In this document: positions 51,410 through 63,838 of the stretch, piece after piece
Numbering within the stretch: position 1 is the first letter of the stretch
How the letters are laid out: the number at the start of each line of letters is the position of its first letter
NCBI RefSeq assembly: GCF_001447785.1
Contig: NW_015168046.1
Coordinates: 1,832,411 to 1,896,410 of the forward strand
Reading direction: 5' to 3'
Source of the DNA: Gekko japonicus
Lineage: Eukaryota
Length of the DNA stretch: 64,000 bases
The notes under the pieces: generated by a model
Told to the model about the DNA's origin: nothing
The model's input: the letters and a program-made list of their open reading frames with translations, nothing else
Database searches by the model: none
Position numbers and translations under genes: made by a program

Positions 51410-51979
51410 AGCCATGGAAAAATATGGACAGGCCACAGCAGAGAACTCAGACCAAGCGTGATCCCCTGGAGAAGGTAATGGCAACCCACTCCAGTATGTT
51501 TGCCAAGAAAACCCCATGGACAGTATCAAAAGGCTAAAAGATATGAGGCCGGAAGATAAGCCCCTCAGGTCATAAGGTGTCCAATATGCTACTGGGGAAA
51601 AGCAGAGGGCAAGTACAAGTAACCCCAGAAAGAGTGAGAGTCCCTTGGACTGCAAGAAGAACAAATCAGTCAATCCTAAAAGAAATCAACCCTGACTGTT
51701 CCCTGGAAGGCCAGATAATGAAACTGAAGCTCAAATACTTTGGCCACCAAATGAGAAGGGAGCACGCACTGGAGAAGACCCTGATGCTGGGAAAGATTGA
51801 AGGTCAAAGAAGACGGGGATGGCAAAGGATGAGATGATTAGACAGTGTCATCGATGCAATGAACATGAAGTTGAGCAAACTTCAGAGGACGGCGGAAGAC
51901 CGGAGGGCCTGGCAGGAGCTGGTCCATGGGGTCGCAAAGAGTTGGACTCGACTGTGCGACTGAACAACAACAACAAAAA
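51410..51979 (+). mobile_element. Internally deleted BovB (RTE): 5' region joined to ORF end and (CAA)n tail
   Basis: GGAGAAGGTAATGGCAACCCACTCCAGTA 5' motif; peptide RVPWTARRTNQSILKEI...KLKYFGH...LEKTLMLGKIEG; tail GACTCGACTGTGCGACTGAACAACAAC. Confidence 0.88.
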
Positions 51980-52204
51980 AGGGGGTGTTTTTTAAATTAA
52001 GACCCAGTTTCCTTAAGAATGGATTGATAAGAAATCTGGAAGACATCCTTTTGAGTTAATGACTTGGAATCATTATAGAAAACATGCTCAGGTTCATTCT
52101 CCAAATCCCTATGCACTAGGTATCTGTAAAACTGGTTCTTCTCAGTGACCAAGGTGTTGCTGTGCAGCAACAGCCAATCACAATTTTCTTTTTGGATCTA
52201 AGAG

Positions 52205-52781
52205 TGTCATGATCTGGGTTGTGCAAGCAAAGGCCTAGCAGGCCCATGGAGCCTGAGTATCAGTGGAAGAAGGCCAGGCCTACAACTCCCAGAAGCCCCT
52301 GAGAGGTTTTGGCGCCAATTTTAGCCAATCATAGAGAAAGGGGACTTATAACAAAAGAACTGGTACAGAAGAAGAGCTGTTCTTTCTTCCAAGAGAGCAG
52401 GGCCAGAAGGAAGGTTGCTGCTGGGAGAGACCCTCACCCTGAGAGGAAAGGTTAGCAGACTGAGGCCCAACTGATACAGTGGATTAGGTAGGGACTGTGA
52501 GACTAGTCACGTTAGGGCATTTGGTTTCTTTTCTCTTCACCCACTTATTGCTATTGTTCTTGCACCTTGTTGTTTCCTATATTTGACTGAACTCCTGTAA
52601 AAATAAACCTTTTATTTTTTATTAACTCCTTTTATTTGTTGTTGTTAATAGGTCCTCACGCCTATTATTCGGCCAAATAAGTGAGCTCTGAAGGTCTTGG
52701 GAGGGTGCTCTGGGCCTTCTCAAGGGATCCTAAAACCAGAGTGGTGGCAGTATCAGGAGACACCCCACCTGAGTCGTGACA
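52205..52781 (+). mobile_element. Solo LTR
   Basis: TGTCATGA...TCGTGACA ends, CCAAT, TATA, AATAAA; flanks AAGAG/TAGAG. Confidence 0.8.
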
Positions 52782-52889
52782 TAGAGTTGTTTTTTTTAAA
52801 AAAAATAAGAAATATTCTGAAGCTATGTTACCAAGTCTGTATACTGCTCTTTAGTTGTGTGTACTGAAACAAGGAGTATGCCATATGAA

Positions 52890-53096
52890 CTTGTGTGTGT
52901 GCTTACATGCTAGGAAGTCATGGCAACCTATGGCAACCCTTACTGGGGGTTTGTTTTTCAGAGAGATGGCTTGATAGTCTGCCTCTGCATCCCAAGCCCT
53001 GGTGTTCCTTGGAGGTCTCCCTTCCAATTATTTTCCAGGGTTTGCCCTGTTCTGAGATCTGATGAGATCAGGTTGCCCGAGCTATCCAGGTCAAGG
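52890..53096 (-). mobile_element. 5S rRNA-derived SINE
   Basis: Same family as 18457-19382 (TGAGATCTGATGAGATCAGG...ATCCAGGTCA). Confidence 0.7.
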
Positions 53097-54339
53097 CTCC
53101 ATATCAAATTTTTAATCTCTCAGAACATTTCCACACATTACACAGAGAGAAACCTAATATTGCTACTGTGTACACTCAACTAGGATCTTGTTTGTGGCAC
53201 ATTTTTTCCAAGCAGTTGTCACATTCACCCTTTACATTGTAAGTGCACATGTATAACATTCTAGACATACACTTTAAAAAGTAATATGTGAACTGAGACT
53301 ACAAAGCAGAAAAAAGGAAACAGAACTATTCCTTGTTTTCCCAAATCTGTGCATTCCCTGCACTTCACAAAGGAAATGTTTTTGTAGAAGTACCTTTAAT
53401 CTCCATAATAAATACTGTAATCTTGTGGTCTTCAGAACCCTTGCTGAGTCATCTATATATATATAAAAGAAAGCCCCCTCAACACCCAGGCCAAACCCCT
53501 GGACCTAGAAACACGAAATTTGGGGAGAGCGCTTCTATCATGACGTAGGTGCTCACTAAGAAGGGACTTATAGACATTTGACCCCTAAGGGGGTCAAAAG
53601 GGATAAAATATGCTCTCCCCATTGCTTCCTATGTGGCTGCCAGGCTGCTACCTCCTTGCACCTCCCACTCTCTAATTGGTTACCTGCAGAGCTCACTGTT
53701 CTGAGGTAAGAAAAAACCAGTTACAGGAGACTGCAGAGAGCTAATGACAGTGGAGGAAATCAGGAATGGCCAACCACCTGTGAGGTGCAGCAATGCTGCT
53801 GGCCCAGCCTCCCCAATGCCTTCAAACATGCTCCACCAACCTCCTACACCTTACAGGTAGCTGTCTGTCAGGTGCAGCAGCAGGTGCAGAGTGCTTAAAG
53901 CCATTAAGGAGCCTGCACCAGCAGTAATGCCTTGGCAATCCTGCCAGCTCAGCCTCCACAATGCCTTACAATACCCCTCCCCCCTCCTACACTGGACAGG
54001 CAGCTGCCTGTCAGGTGTAGGAGAGGGGGTGGGATGCTTACAGCCATTGAGGAGGGTTGCTCAACTGGATTACCTTAGCAGTGCTGCTGACCCAGTCTCC
54101 CTGATGCCTTTAAATACACTCCCCCCCAACACCAGACAGGCATGTGCCTGTCACGTGTAGGAACAGGGCCAGGGTACTTCAATCCATCAGGGAGGCCACC
54201 TGAGCAGAAACACCTTAGCAATGCTGCTGGGCCAGTCTCCACCAAAGACTTTAAACACACTCCCACCCACCCCTCTGCTAACTGACAGGCAGTTGTCTGT
54301 CAGGTGCAGGAGCAGAGCATTGAAAGCCATCGGGGAGGC

Positions 54340-55145
54340 TGTGATGGTCACCTCAAAGCTGGATTACTGTAACACCCTGTACATGAGACTGCCCTTGTCA
54401 CAAATCTGGAAGCTGCAGCTGGTGCAAAATGCTGCAGTCAGGCTGTCAATGAGACTCCTTATCCAGGAACATATCTAGCCTGTGCTACAGGCATTGCACT
54501 GGCTGCCTATAGCATACCGAATCTGCTTCAAGGTACTGGTTCTTACCTTTAAAGCCCTTTATGGCCAGGGGCCTGCCTACCTGAAGGACCGCCTTTCCCC
54601 ATACGTACCCCAGAGAGTTCTGTGTTCAGGGATCCAGAACTGGCTGGTCCTCCCAGGTATGAAGGAGGCCAGGCTGGCAATGACCAGGGCCAGGGCTTTC
54701 TCGGTGGTGGAATGAGCTCCCAGAGGAGATCAGGGCCCTGCGAAACCTTTTACAGTTCCATAGGGCCTGTAAAAGGGAGCTCTTTCGCCAGGCTTTTGGA
54801 GCCGCCACCACCGCTATCACCACCACGACCATCACTGTTATTAAAAATAGCAATTGACATCTCATGGTGAAGAGCCCTGACCCACTGGACCCTCTAATAC
54901 TGCCCGAGCCAATCCACCCTTATGATTGAAGCATTTTCTTATTACATCTGAGCGGACCAATGTGGCTGATGTTGTAAAACCTAGCACTTTATTATATGTT
55001 GGATTTTAACATGACATTTTAATATTGTATTTATACTAATTGCTGATGTGTTTGTACGTATTGTTGGAATTTTATCTGTTTGTAAGCCACCCTGAGCCAG
55101 CCTTGGCCGGGAGGGCAGGATAAAAATTTGGATAAATAAATAAAT
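54340..55145 (+). mobile_element. 5'-truncated L2 nested in the Helitron
   Basis: Peptides VTSKLDYCN...LQLVQNAA and LHWLPIAYRI; (TAAA)n tail. Confidence 0.9.
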
Positions 55146-55446
55146 CCTGCTGGTGCAGCCTCCCCGATGCCTTCAGACACACTACCCCTCTTACACCTGA
55201 CAGACAACCGCCTGTCAAGGGTTGGAAGGGGCATCCTTAAAGCTATCAGGGAGGCTTGCTCAGCAGGACTGCCTTAACGCTGCTGCTGGCCCAGCCTCCC
55301 TGATGCCTTTAAACACAACCCCCCCTTATACCAGACAAGCGGGCATTTGTCAGGTGTAGGAGCAGGGCCAGGGTACTTTAATCCATCAGGGAGGCTGCCC
55401 CAGCAAGATCACCTATGACCATCAACAAATCCCAAGACTTAACAGA

Positions 55447-55636
55447 CAAGTTCCCTCTAAGCTGAGTTAGTGTGAGCTAGCTCACAGTTTTTTAGTCTCC
55501 AGCTCATAGATTTTTGTCTTAGCTCAGGAAGGATGGCTCCAGAGCAAAGTAATTTATGCCGTACACAACTTTAATGTCAGTAGCTTACAAAGTAGAATTT
55601 TTGCTCACAAGAGTCCACAGCTTCAAGAGAGCATTG
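55447..55636. mobile_element. Small TIR element (hAT-like) nested in the Helitron
   Basis: CAAGTTCCCTCTAAGCTG / CAGCTTCAAGAGAGCATTG imperfect TIRs. Confidence 0.45.
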
Positions 55637-56574
55637 AAGACAACTGCTTCTCACATGGACAGTTCTATGTGGCCTGCTCCAGAGTGAGCTCACCAAGCAG
55701 CCTTGTAATCCTAGCACTTGAGGGTAGAACCACCAATGTGGTCCTTCAGTAGAGAAAAACAAATAGTATGTATGTCTCACCTCATTTTCTACACTACAAT
55801 CTTCTCCCTTAGATTTCCTACAACAAATGTTACATTTCAAACTTCACATCATCAGTATTATAACTGGATTTACAGAATTTAAATACCATAGCGAAGCACG
55901 GGTATCAGGCTAGTGAGTATATATGGAGCCATCAATTTTTGGCTGCTCTTTGGGAGGAGCTGCTGCTAGTGTGCCTGTGTAAAGAATGAGGGTCTGGCTC
56001 TCCTCTCTCTCCCTCTCTGCACGCACACTGAGAGGAACAGTAGGATGATGAAGTCTCTTAGTGGTGATAATTCATTTTTAATACAGGCCAGTTTGAGACT
56101 GACATGTGATTATGATGTTAAGTGACTTCCTGTCACATGCCTGCAGCTCATTAGATCTCATACTGCCACCTGTTAAAGGTGGTTCTGAAGTCTTGAAGGG
56201 TAGAATGCCATAGCTGTAAATCTATTATTGTGTATTATTTATTATGCACCTAAAATTCACAGGGATAAACCAGAAAATCAATAAGCTAATGCAGGGTAAG
56301 GGCATATAGGTAGGTATAGAATTAGGTGACCAGCTCACTATGGAACCCTATGTACATGCAAAACTTTCCACAATGTTAATTTACTATATCATGACATCTA
56401 ATCTGTGCTGCGCTTAGGAGGTTCTGTTTTCACTGCAACTTTTGCCATTTTGGGATGTGTATCCATGAAAGTCCATGGCTGTCCACTCTTTTGCACAATT
56501 CTCTTTCCTTTCATAGCTAGATCCTCCAATCTTCTGTGGCTGGGTGGCGGAACAGGAATGAATCCACATTGACA

Positions 56575-56783
56575 TAGGGTTGCCAGGTCCAGGTTGGGAA
56601 ATACCTGGGTATTTGGGGGGTGGAGCCTGAAGAGGGCAGGGTTTGGGGAGGGAAGGGCCTTCAATGGGGCAGAATGCCACTTCCAAAGTGGCTATTTTCT
56701 CCAGATGAATGGATCTCTGTTGCCTGGAGATCAGTTGTAATAGCAGGAAATCCCCAGCTAACTACTGGAGGCTGGCAACCCTA
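56575..56783. mobile_element. hAT MITE
   Basis: TAGGGTTGCCAG/CTGGCAACCCTA; TSD-like CATTGACA/CACGGACA. Confidence 0.85.
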
Positions 56784-57024
56784 CACGGACAAGACAACGG
56801 GACCAATGGTTGGTAGCACTGACACATCATTCTACTGTGAGGGCCGTATCAACCAGGTTGTCCAGCAATGGGTACACACATGTTGGTGGGAGATGAGAGA
56901 CCTCCCTCATCTTTTAGTCATAAAGACAAAGCCTACAGAGTTATTCAAGCAGCCATGGAAGAAATGTGGAATAACAACTCAGATTTTGTTTTTGTTTTTT
57001 AATATAGAATTGGGCCTGTGGAGT

Positions 57025-57350
57025 AGCCTTGTTAGTCCGCTGAAGCAGCACAATGAGCCTTGTGGCACCTTGTATCTGAAGAAGTGAGCAGTGACTCATG
57101 AAAGGTCATACCTTGCAACAAATTCCGTTAGTCTTTAAGGTGCTGCTTCACTCTTGCTCTTTTCTATTGTATTCTAGCATAAGCCTTTGCAGACTAGAGC
57201 CCGCTTTGTCATATTCAATCAGAGTTTTGGTTTATTTTTCATGCTCCTACATAGTGAGGACTCATTCATTGCACCAGAAAAAGTAGCCTTTAGTTCACCA
57301 AAGCTTATGGTGAAGTAAAATACTACTAGCTGTTAAGGTGCCAAAACAGT
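57025..57350 (+). mobile_element. Penelope-like terminal remnants
   Basis: CTGAAGAAGTGAGCAGTGACTCATGAAAG...GTTAGTCTTTAAGGTGC motif; related fragments at ~2015-2125, 6480-6525, 26690-26790 (-) and 60520-60635 (-). Confidence 0.55.
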
Positions 57351-57755
57351 CATCTTTAAAACTGTGCAAACAGGTCCCACAAAATCAGTTGAATTCAATA
57401 CCCTTAGGAGCTTAGCCAAGACCCAGATGCATGACATACAACTCTAGATGTATGCCAACAAGGTGCCCAAAATCAGTACATCTAGGAAGTGATGGTTGCC
57501 TTAAATGAAGTTGTTTAAAATAAATGAATAATAAAAAATGCTTATGGACAAAGTTCTTTGTATCATGAAGATAACACAGAACTGCTTTATTTGACTTTCT
57601 GACACTCACAAGTGACTAGGATAGTATGTTTGCCATATGCTTCAATTGACATAAGATTATTATATAAATGCTAAAACAGTAAAAACATTAGCAGTGGTCA
57701 GTAAAATGTTATTTAAGATACCTTTACATATGATTTTTAAATGCCATGTAGAATT

Positions 57756-58040
57756 GAGAGCCAGTTTGGTGTACTGGTTAGGAGCAAGGACTCTGGGAGA
57801 ACTGGGTTTGATTCCCCACTCCTCCACATGAACCCTGCTGGTGTGACCTTGGGTCTGTCATAAGTTCTTTCAGAGCTGTCCTCTCAAGAGCAGTTCTCGA
57901 AAGAGCTCTCTCAGCCCCACCTACCTCACAGGGTGTCTGTTGTGGGAGGGGAAGGGAAAGGAGATTGTAAACTGCTCTGAGACTCCTTTGGGTAGTGAAG
58001 GGCAGGGTATAAATCCAATCTCTTCTCTTCATCTTCTCTC
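57756..58040 (+). mobile_element. Squam3-type tRNA SINE, full length
   Basis: GAGAGCCAGTTTGGTGTA.TGGTTA head, GGTTTGATTCCCC B-box, L2-like 3' end and (TCT)n tail. Confidence 0.88.
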
Positions 58041-58469
58041 TGTATAGCACCTTTGTGCAAGCAATCTAAAATTAGTTTATCATTTTATTTTTTAGATTTT
58101 TTACAATACAGGAACTGATTTATAGTATTTGTAGTTGCTGCTGCTACTTTAAGCTCTAACTGTATTGATGGACTTAGAAGCATGTCAAGGCTACAAACCT
58201 GAGTAAGCAGAAAGAGCTTCAGTGACAGAATTCCCACTCCTTTCTAGAAAAATGTCAATCTCCATTGATTCAGTCTTATCTGGTTGTAGCTTCTTTTATC
58301 TTATTGTCCAGCCACTGGGTAAAAACCTGCAAAACCAGGCTGAAATGAGATCTACATACTGAAAGCAGGCATTTCCAAATTCCTGCACAGTTTTGATTGT
58401 TATATGTAGACATATAACCCAACATAGATTGGGTTTCCAGCTGTAGCAGTAAAGTTTAAGGGGTGGGGA

Positions 58470-58847
58470 CAGGGGTCATTTCCTGCAGGAGCGCACAGGA
58501 GCGGAGCTCCGGCAGTAAAGAGCCCAGGGGGCAGGCACATGCAACAAGCCCCACCCCCTGCTCCCAGCAGCCCTCAGTCAGAGCAAGAAGAAGCCAGGTA
58601 AGTTGCAGAGCTCCCCCCGGTCCAAAACAGTCCAGTGGTATTCAGGTACAAGCTCTCCCTCCTCTGCGAGGACAGATCTGCACGTTCCCCCCCCCCCAAT
58701 AGAGCCCCTTCCTGAAAGGTTCGGGAGGGTCTGACGCTCCTCAGCCCCCCTGCAGTTTACGCGCCTGGTGTGGCATATGCAAATAAGCTATACTAATGAG
58801 TTATGCTAATGAGCTCCTGCACCTCTTTTTCTACAAAATGACCCCTG
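58470..58847. mobile_element. hAT MITE
   Basis: TIR CAGGGGTCATTT/AAATGACCCCTG; perfect 8-bp TSD GGTGGGGA. Confidence 0.9.
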
Positions 58848-59707
58848 GGTGGGGACAATTGCACTGGCATCATGCTGATATGCAAGGTCACTTCCAGAGT
58901 AAAACTGAAAGTGATGTCATTGTGCTGGGGTGATGCTCTGGGATTCACTGTAACTCTGTGGTTAAACCATAGAATTTTGAATGAATCCTAGGTTGTTGGC
59001 CCAGACCACAGGAAGTGACATTGCAGTTTGGTGCAACACTGAGAAGCCCACACAATTTCCCTACTGGCCTGTTAGGTGGCAGCGGGGAACAGGGGCCCTG
59101 GCTGGGAGCCTGGGAGGTGCCCTGCTATAGTGGGAGAACTGGCTCTCCTAAATGTACAGTTGAAATGAGACACAGCTAGGATTGCCCTGTGTACTGTGCC
59201 TGTATCAGCTATATAACAGGGCTTAGCTCTGGGGAACATGAGGAAGCTACACATGCGAAAGAAGAAGGAAAGGAAAAGAGAGAAATAAAGATAGATATAT
59301 GTTTTGAAGATGCATTAAGCAACTGCTACACTCAGGGTGTAGTTAAAGGCTGCTAAAACTTCTAGTCATGTAATGGGATCCTGCTTTGCCTGTCCGTCTC
59401 CAGATGTAGTTCGCCTGGGCCTAATTGGTTTTGATCCAGACTTGGCAGCACTTGCTGCTCTTCCCAGGCTGTGCTGAAGAGGAAACCAATTGAGTCTTGA
59501 AGGATTAATACACCAAGTGAGAGAAAGTACCTGCTTTCATTTTGCATCCCTATACGCCGCCGCTGCAGGAAGAAAGAAGTACTAAGCCTAAGAAGTAAGG
59601 AGAGGTCCATGTGGCAAACTGCCTGCCTCTCCTCCTCCTCTTCATCTTTCTTGCCTTGCCCCATTCTGTCTTTTGGCCATACTGGAGTGGAACAATTTGG
59701 TCATTTG

Positions 59708-59881
59708 CAGGGCTTTTTTTTTTTTTTTAATGGAAGAAGAGGCGCCAGAACTCTCAAGAGGGAAATGAAGTTTTCAATCTGTATACTGAAAACTCATGAA
59801 CTTTTAAACATTTTAAAAAGAATTTTGTTGAAGAGGTTCTGGAACTCCATTGCAGCATGTTCCACAAGAAAAAAAGCCCTG
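59708..59881. mobile_element. hAT MITE
   Basis: TIR CAGGGCTTTTTTT/AAAAAAAGCCCTG; TSD GTCATTTG/GTCATTTA. Confidence 0.88.
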
Positions 59882-59904
59882 GTCATTTATAACTGCAATC
59901 CTAA

Positions 59905-60348
59905 GGCCCCGGTCACACAGGAGGTTTAGGGCCGGAAGAGGGACGGATTGGGGGCGCAGCAAAAGGGCGCGATCCCATCGCAATATCTGGGAAGCAGGGT
60001 GCACCCGTCCCCGATCCGGCCCTTCAGACCGAAAATCTGCAGTGAAAACAAACCACCTACAGAGGTGGACTTACCAGAAAGGCTGCGGCAAGCGCGGCCG
60101 TGGGATTGCCGGCGCGTCCTTCTGCCGGCGCATCCGAGGCTCCTGGCTGAACTGCGCATGCGCAGTCATGCGCAGCCGGCTGCCTCGGTCTCCTGTCGGT
60201 GGCTTCCTCCCCAGCATCTGATCGTGCCGGGGAGCAACTGCACGGCGGCTCAGGGGATCTGTGTGATCCCGCCGCCGCGTGTCTCTTTTGGTGCGGCTCT
60301 GAATAGCCGCACTTTGGCCGTGTTTTTTTCTGCCGTGTGGCAGGGGCC
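59905..60348. mobile_element. PIF/Harbinger-type MITE, CpG-rich
   Basis: TIR GGCCCCGGTCACAC / GTGTGGCAGGGGCC; TAA TSD on both sides. Confidence 0.9.
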
Positions 60349-61239
60349 TAAGAATACTTTCCTGGAAGAAAGCACCATTGAATAAATTGGGACTTACCAA
60401 GTAGGCCTGCTTAGGATTGCTCACTATATCCAACTGTCATGTACATCTTTTGAAAAAACCTCTTTCTTACGATGCTTCCTGGATGATTCCCCATTTAACA
60501 GAGACACTAAAAATGGTTCAGAGGGCAGCTGTGTCAGCCTGCAGCAGAGTGGCTAGAGGTGGGTCAAGGAGCTCCTTGGAGACCAACAGGATTTTCAGGA
60601 TATGAACTTTTGAGAGCTAAGGTACCCTTTGTCAGCTAAAAATGTTAACATTCTATCAAGCAAGTGTAAAACCTGGATAAACAGATAGCGCTTAGTCATT
60701 TGAGGGATAATTATTATGTTAAAAAAACCCCTTATTCTTAGAAAATCCATGTCCTTTGACCTTAACTGTGTGTGCGTGTGCCATGAACAGGGTATAGCGA
60801 CAGGGGCTGGAGGCTGCTGCTAGGTCATAGTTGATTCCCTCCTGATTATATTTTTCTACTTGATTACCAAGCACAGTCTTATATTTCAATGAGCCAAATT
60901 CATCTTGGATGTAACTCGGTTTGAAATAAATGAAAGCTCCTGGCCCATTAACTTGGGCTGAGATAAAGTCAAGGGCAAAAGGATATCCTTATGCAAAGCA
61001 GCATCAATGCAGATATGCTCCTAATCAGTTTGGATTAGGAGGAGGAGATCCCTGTCCTCATAGCACCTTCATGCTGATCTTTCACTGCTTCATTTTTCTG
61101 TACATCAGTATATAGATTTAGTTCTTCCCCAGAGAAGGTGTAATGTTATCTTCTAATGAAGTGATAGGACATCATTAAAGATGCAAATCTCTTAGTATTC
61201 TGTAGACTATGATAGATTAAAAAATTGTTATGAGGAATT

Positions 61240-61492
61240 TTCATTCATTCATTCACTTATATCCCACCCTATCCCACAAGTGGGCTCAGGGTGACTCACT
61301 ACATATAAAAGATAAAAGCAGTAAACATATAATCAAAGCCCAATTTAAAAGAAACAGAACAAGGTGGCAACTAAAACAAAGACAACTCCAGAGCAGTCCA
61401 TAGTGCCTCCAGCATGATGTTAGTCAGATAATAAGTTACTGTGAGCAGGGGAGGCCGAAATGGTTGAAAGGCCTGGCAGAACAGCTCTGTTT
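61240..61492 (-). mobile_element. L2 3'-end fragment
   Basis: (TCAT)n tail, TATATCCCACCC...GGGCTCAGGGTGACTCAC, GGCCTGGCAGAACAGCTC. Confidence 0.65.
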
Positions 61493-62047
61493 TACTTATC
61501 AGATGACATACACCTCTCTTATACTAAAGGCATCACTGTTTGTTTTGGTTCTTGAGACGAAACAAAGACCACTGTTGGAATTTTTTTATATGTAAAATCC
61601 TCAACCATGGCAAGAACCATCAATAGGCCAGTGGGTTTTCCAAGCTGAATTTAGCCACTCACTATCTTTCTGATGTTTTGGGCCACAAACCTGGTTCTGA
61701 AATCTGTGTCACTTTGAAAATAATTTATGAGATGAAGTATTGTTCAGCAACAGCAGGAAGAAGCAAAATGTGACCTGGATTAAAATCTTTGTGGGCTTCA
61801 TTGTCGTTTTGGTTGCCACCCACTATATTTGGAAGGTGAAAGCATGGAGAGCAGGGCATCTGATGTGGCTCTTAGCTGTCAGGAAGGTTCATATGGGTCA
61901 TTTACTGGCAACATCTCATCCTGTTGTTCTAGTATGATAAACAGTATTACCTCGTAAGGCTGGTATTCTAGCACTGGCATCACTGTGCCCCATACTAACT
62001 GTTGGTTTCCTGGTGATCAAAGCACTCTTGCACATGACTTCCCCAAA

Positions 62048-62765
62048 TCTATATATCTAATAGCGAAGGCGCCCCCTGCGTGTGGATATCTAAATCTGCA
62101 CATCAGGGGCACCTGGGGGGCAGGGAGATTTTCCTGCACACTTGGGGCAGTCCCCAGGTGTGCACAAAAATCTAAAAAGTTGAAAAAATATAGGGGGAAT
62201 ATTTAAATCCCCCCAAAAGTAAAAGGGCATTTCCTGTGCATGTGCAGGGAATGCTCTGGGAAGTCTGCAGTGGCCCAGCGGCTGGAATCCGCTCAGGCCT
62301 CGTTGCCAGAGCCAAGGTGGGGAGAGAGGAGGAGGAGATCGGTCGCGGAGTCAAGGGGGGGAGGAGACCAGCAGAGGGGGAAGAAGCAGGGGGGAGGTTG
62401 GAATGGCCCAGTGGCTGGAAGCCTCTCAGGCTGTGCCGCTGACGCCAGGAAGGGAGAGAGGGAGGGGGCAGGAGAAGGTTTGGCAGGCTGGCAGCTGTAA
62501 GCAGCTCAGCCCTCGCCGCTGCGGGGGGAGGGAGAAAGTTTGGCGAGCCGAGCTCAGGCCTCCCGCTGCCACGGCTGGGGGAAACCGAGTTCAGGCCTCT
62601 TGCCGCCGGTGCTAGGAGGGAGAAGGCTTGGAGAGAAGGCTTAGAGAGGCGTGGGCCTCACTGTGGGTGCCGGGGCAGGGGAGATTCACCTGCGGCTGCT
62701 TCCTTCTCCTCATGTGGAGCTTCTCCTCCCCCCATCCCCGCGAGTATCGCAGGTCCCCCTTCTTG
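62048..62765 (+). mobile_element. Non-autonomous Helitron
   Basis: A|TCTATATATCTAA 5' end; hairpin CCCGCGAGTATCGCAGG about 10 nt before CTTG|T (CTAG variant); GC-rich repetitive interior. Confidence 0.68.
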
Positions 62766-63838
62766 TATATTCTATTGACAAAATTGGCTTACTTGAAAGT
62801 GGTAAAAGAACAAATAGATCATAAAAATGGTAGACAGATGATCTGGTTTGCAGTTAAATTATGAACTAAAATCCTATATGCTGATTGACATCAAGTTTCA
62901 AACTATTAATAAAGCATTTATCAAGTTGAAATGCAAATAAAATGTCAGAGTTCAGTTATTAACTGATAATATATTGCCGAAGTCAATTTTAGGGACTGTT
63001 TATGTACCTTTGGTTTATTTTAAAACATGTTTATTTATCAATATGTAATTACAGACAGCAGCATAGATACAGATTATTTAGTCATTAAAATGGTTTATCA
63101 TTTATTTATAGAATGTTCTGAACTAAGTTACATGGCAACTGTTGGTTAAAAACTAGAGTATGGGCTACTTGTGAGAATTCACACAAAAGAGATTATTTTG
63201 CTAATTGGCTGTGAACAAAGAGATTCATTTCATTGCAAAACTAGGTTAAGAACTGATATTTACAGTGTAAAACTGTATACTTGTTTCTAGAGATGCATTA
63301 AGTTAGGGCCTAATTAAAATTTGTGTGTAAATATTTATAACTATGTCCAGACAATGTCTTGCACTCAACAAACTGGTCTTTCATGTAAAGGAACTGTCAC
63401 ACTTAAAATTAATTCTATTCATTTGAAATATTTATATCCTGCCTATACGCAAAACATTTATATCCTGCCTATATACCCAAAACATAAGGCCGCTGACAAG
63501 CAACCTCAGAAGAGTTTCCTTCAAAACACTGGATTTGATCCTACCAGCTTTTCTGCTCAGTCTTTCCTGACTGTGCATATAGACCAGACCATTGTATGAC
63601 ATTCCACGTTCATGCATAATCCAAGACTTTGTGTGAATATGCATTTATACAGTATTTGTTCAGCACACGTTGCTCAGCATTGTTCAGCATTGATATGGAC
63701 ATAATGTGTATGAGTATATCTTCCACTTCCCCCCCCTTGGCTCTCGACTCCAATCCCCTTGTTTTGCCTACACTAGATTGTTTTATTGTTCCTATTGGTT
63801 TTTCAGGTTGGGGTGCTGCATGTCTCCTGTGCAATACC

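Larger units (their letters stand above)
53452..55913 (+). mobile_element. Non-autonomous Helitron with internal palindromic repeats and nested insertions
   Basis: A|TCTATATATAT 5' end; degenerate subterminal hairpin CCATAGCGAAGCACGGG, then CTAG|T 3' end; no TSD. Confidence 0.72.

Noticed and set aside
59525-59600. Possible micro-exons on either strand around CTGCAG
   Set aside because: Splice-like signals only; the peptide is not recognisable and no partner exons were found.
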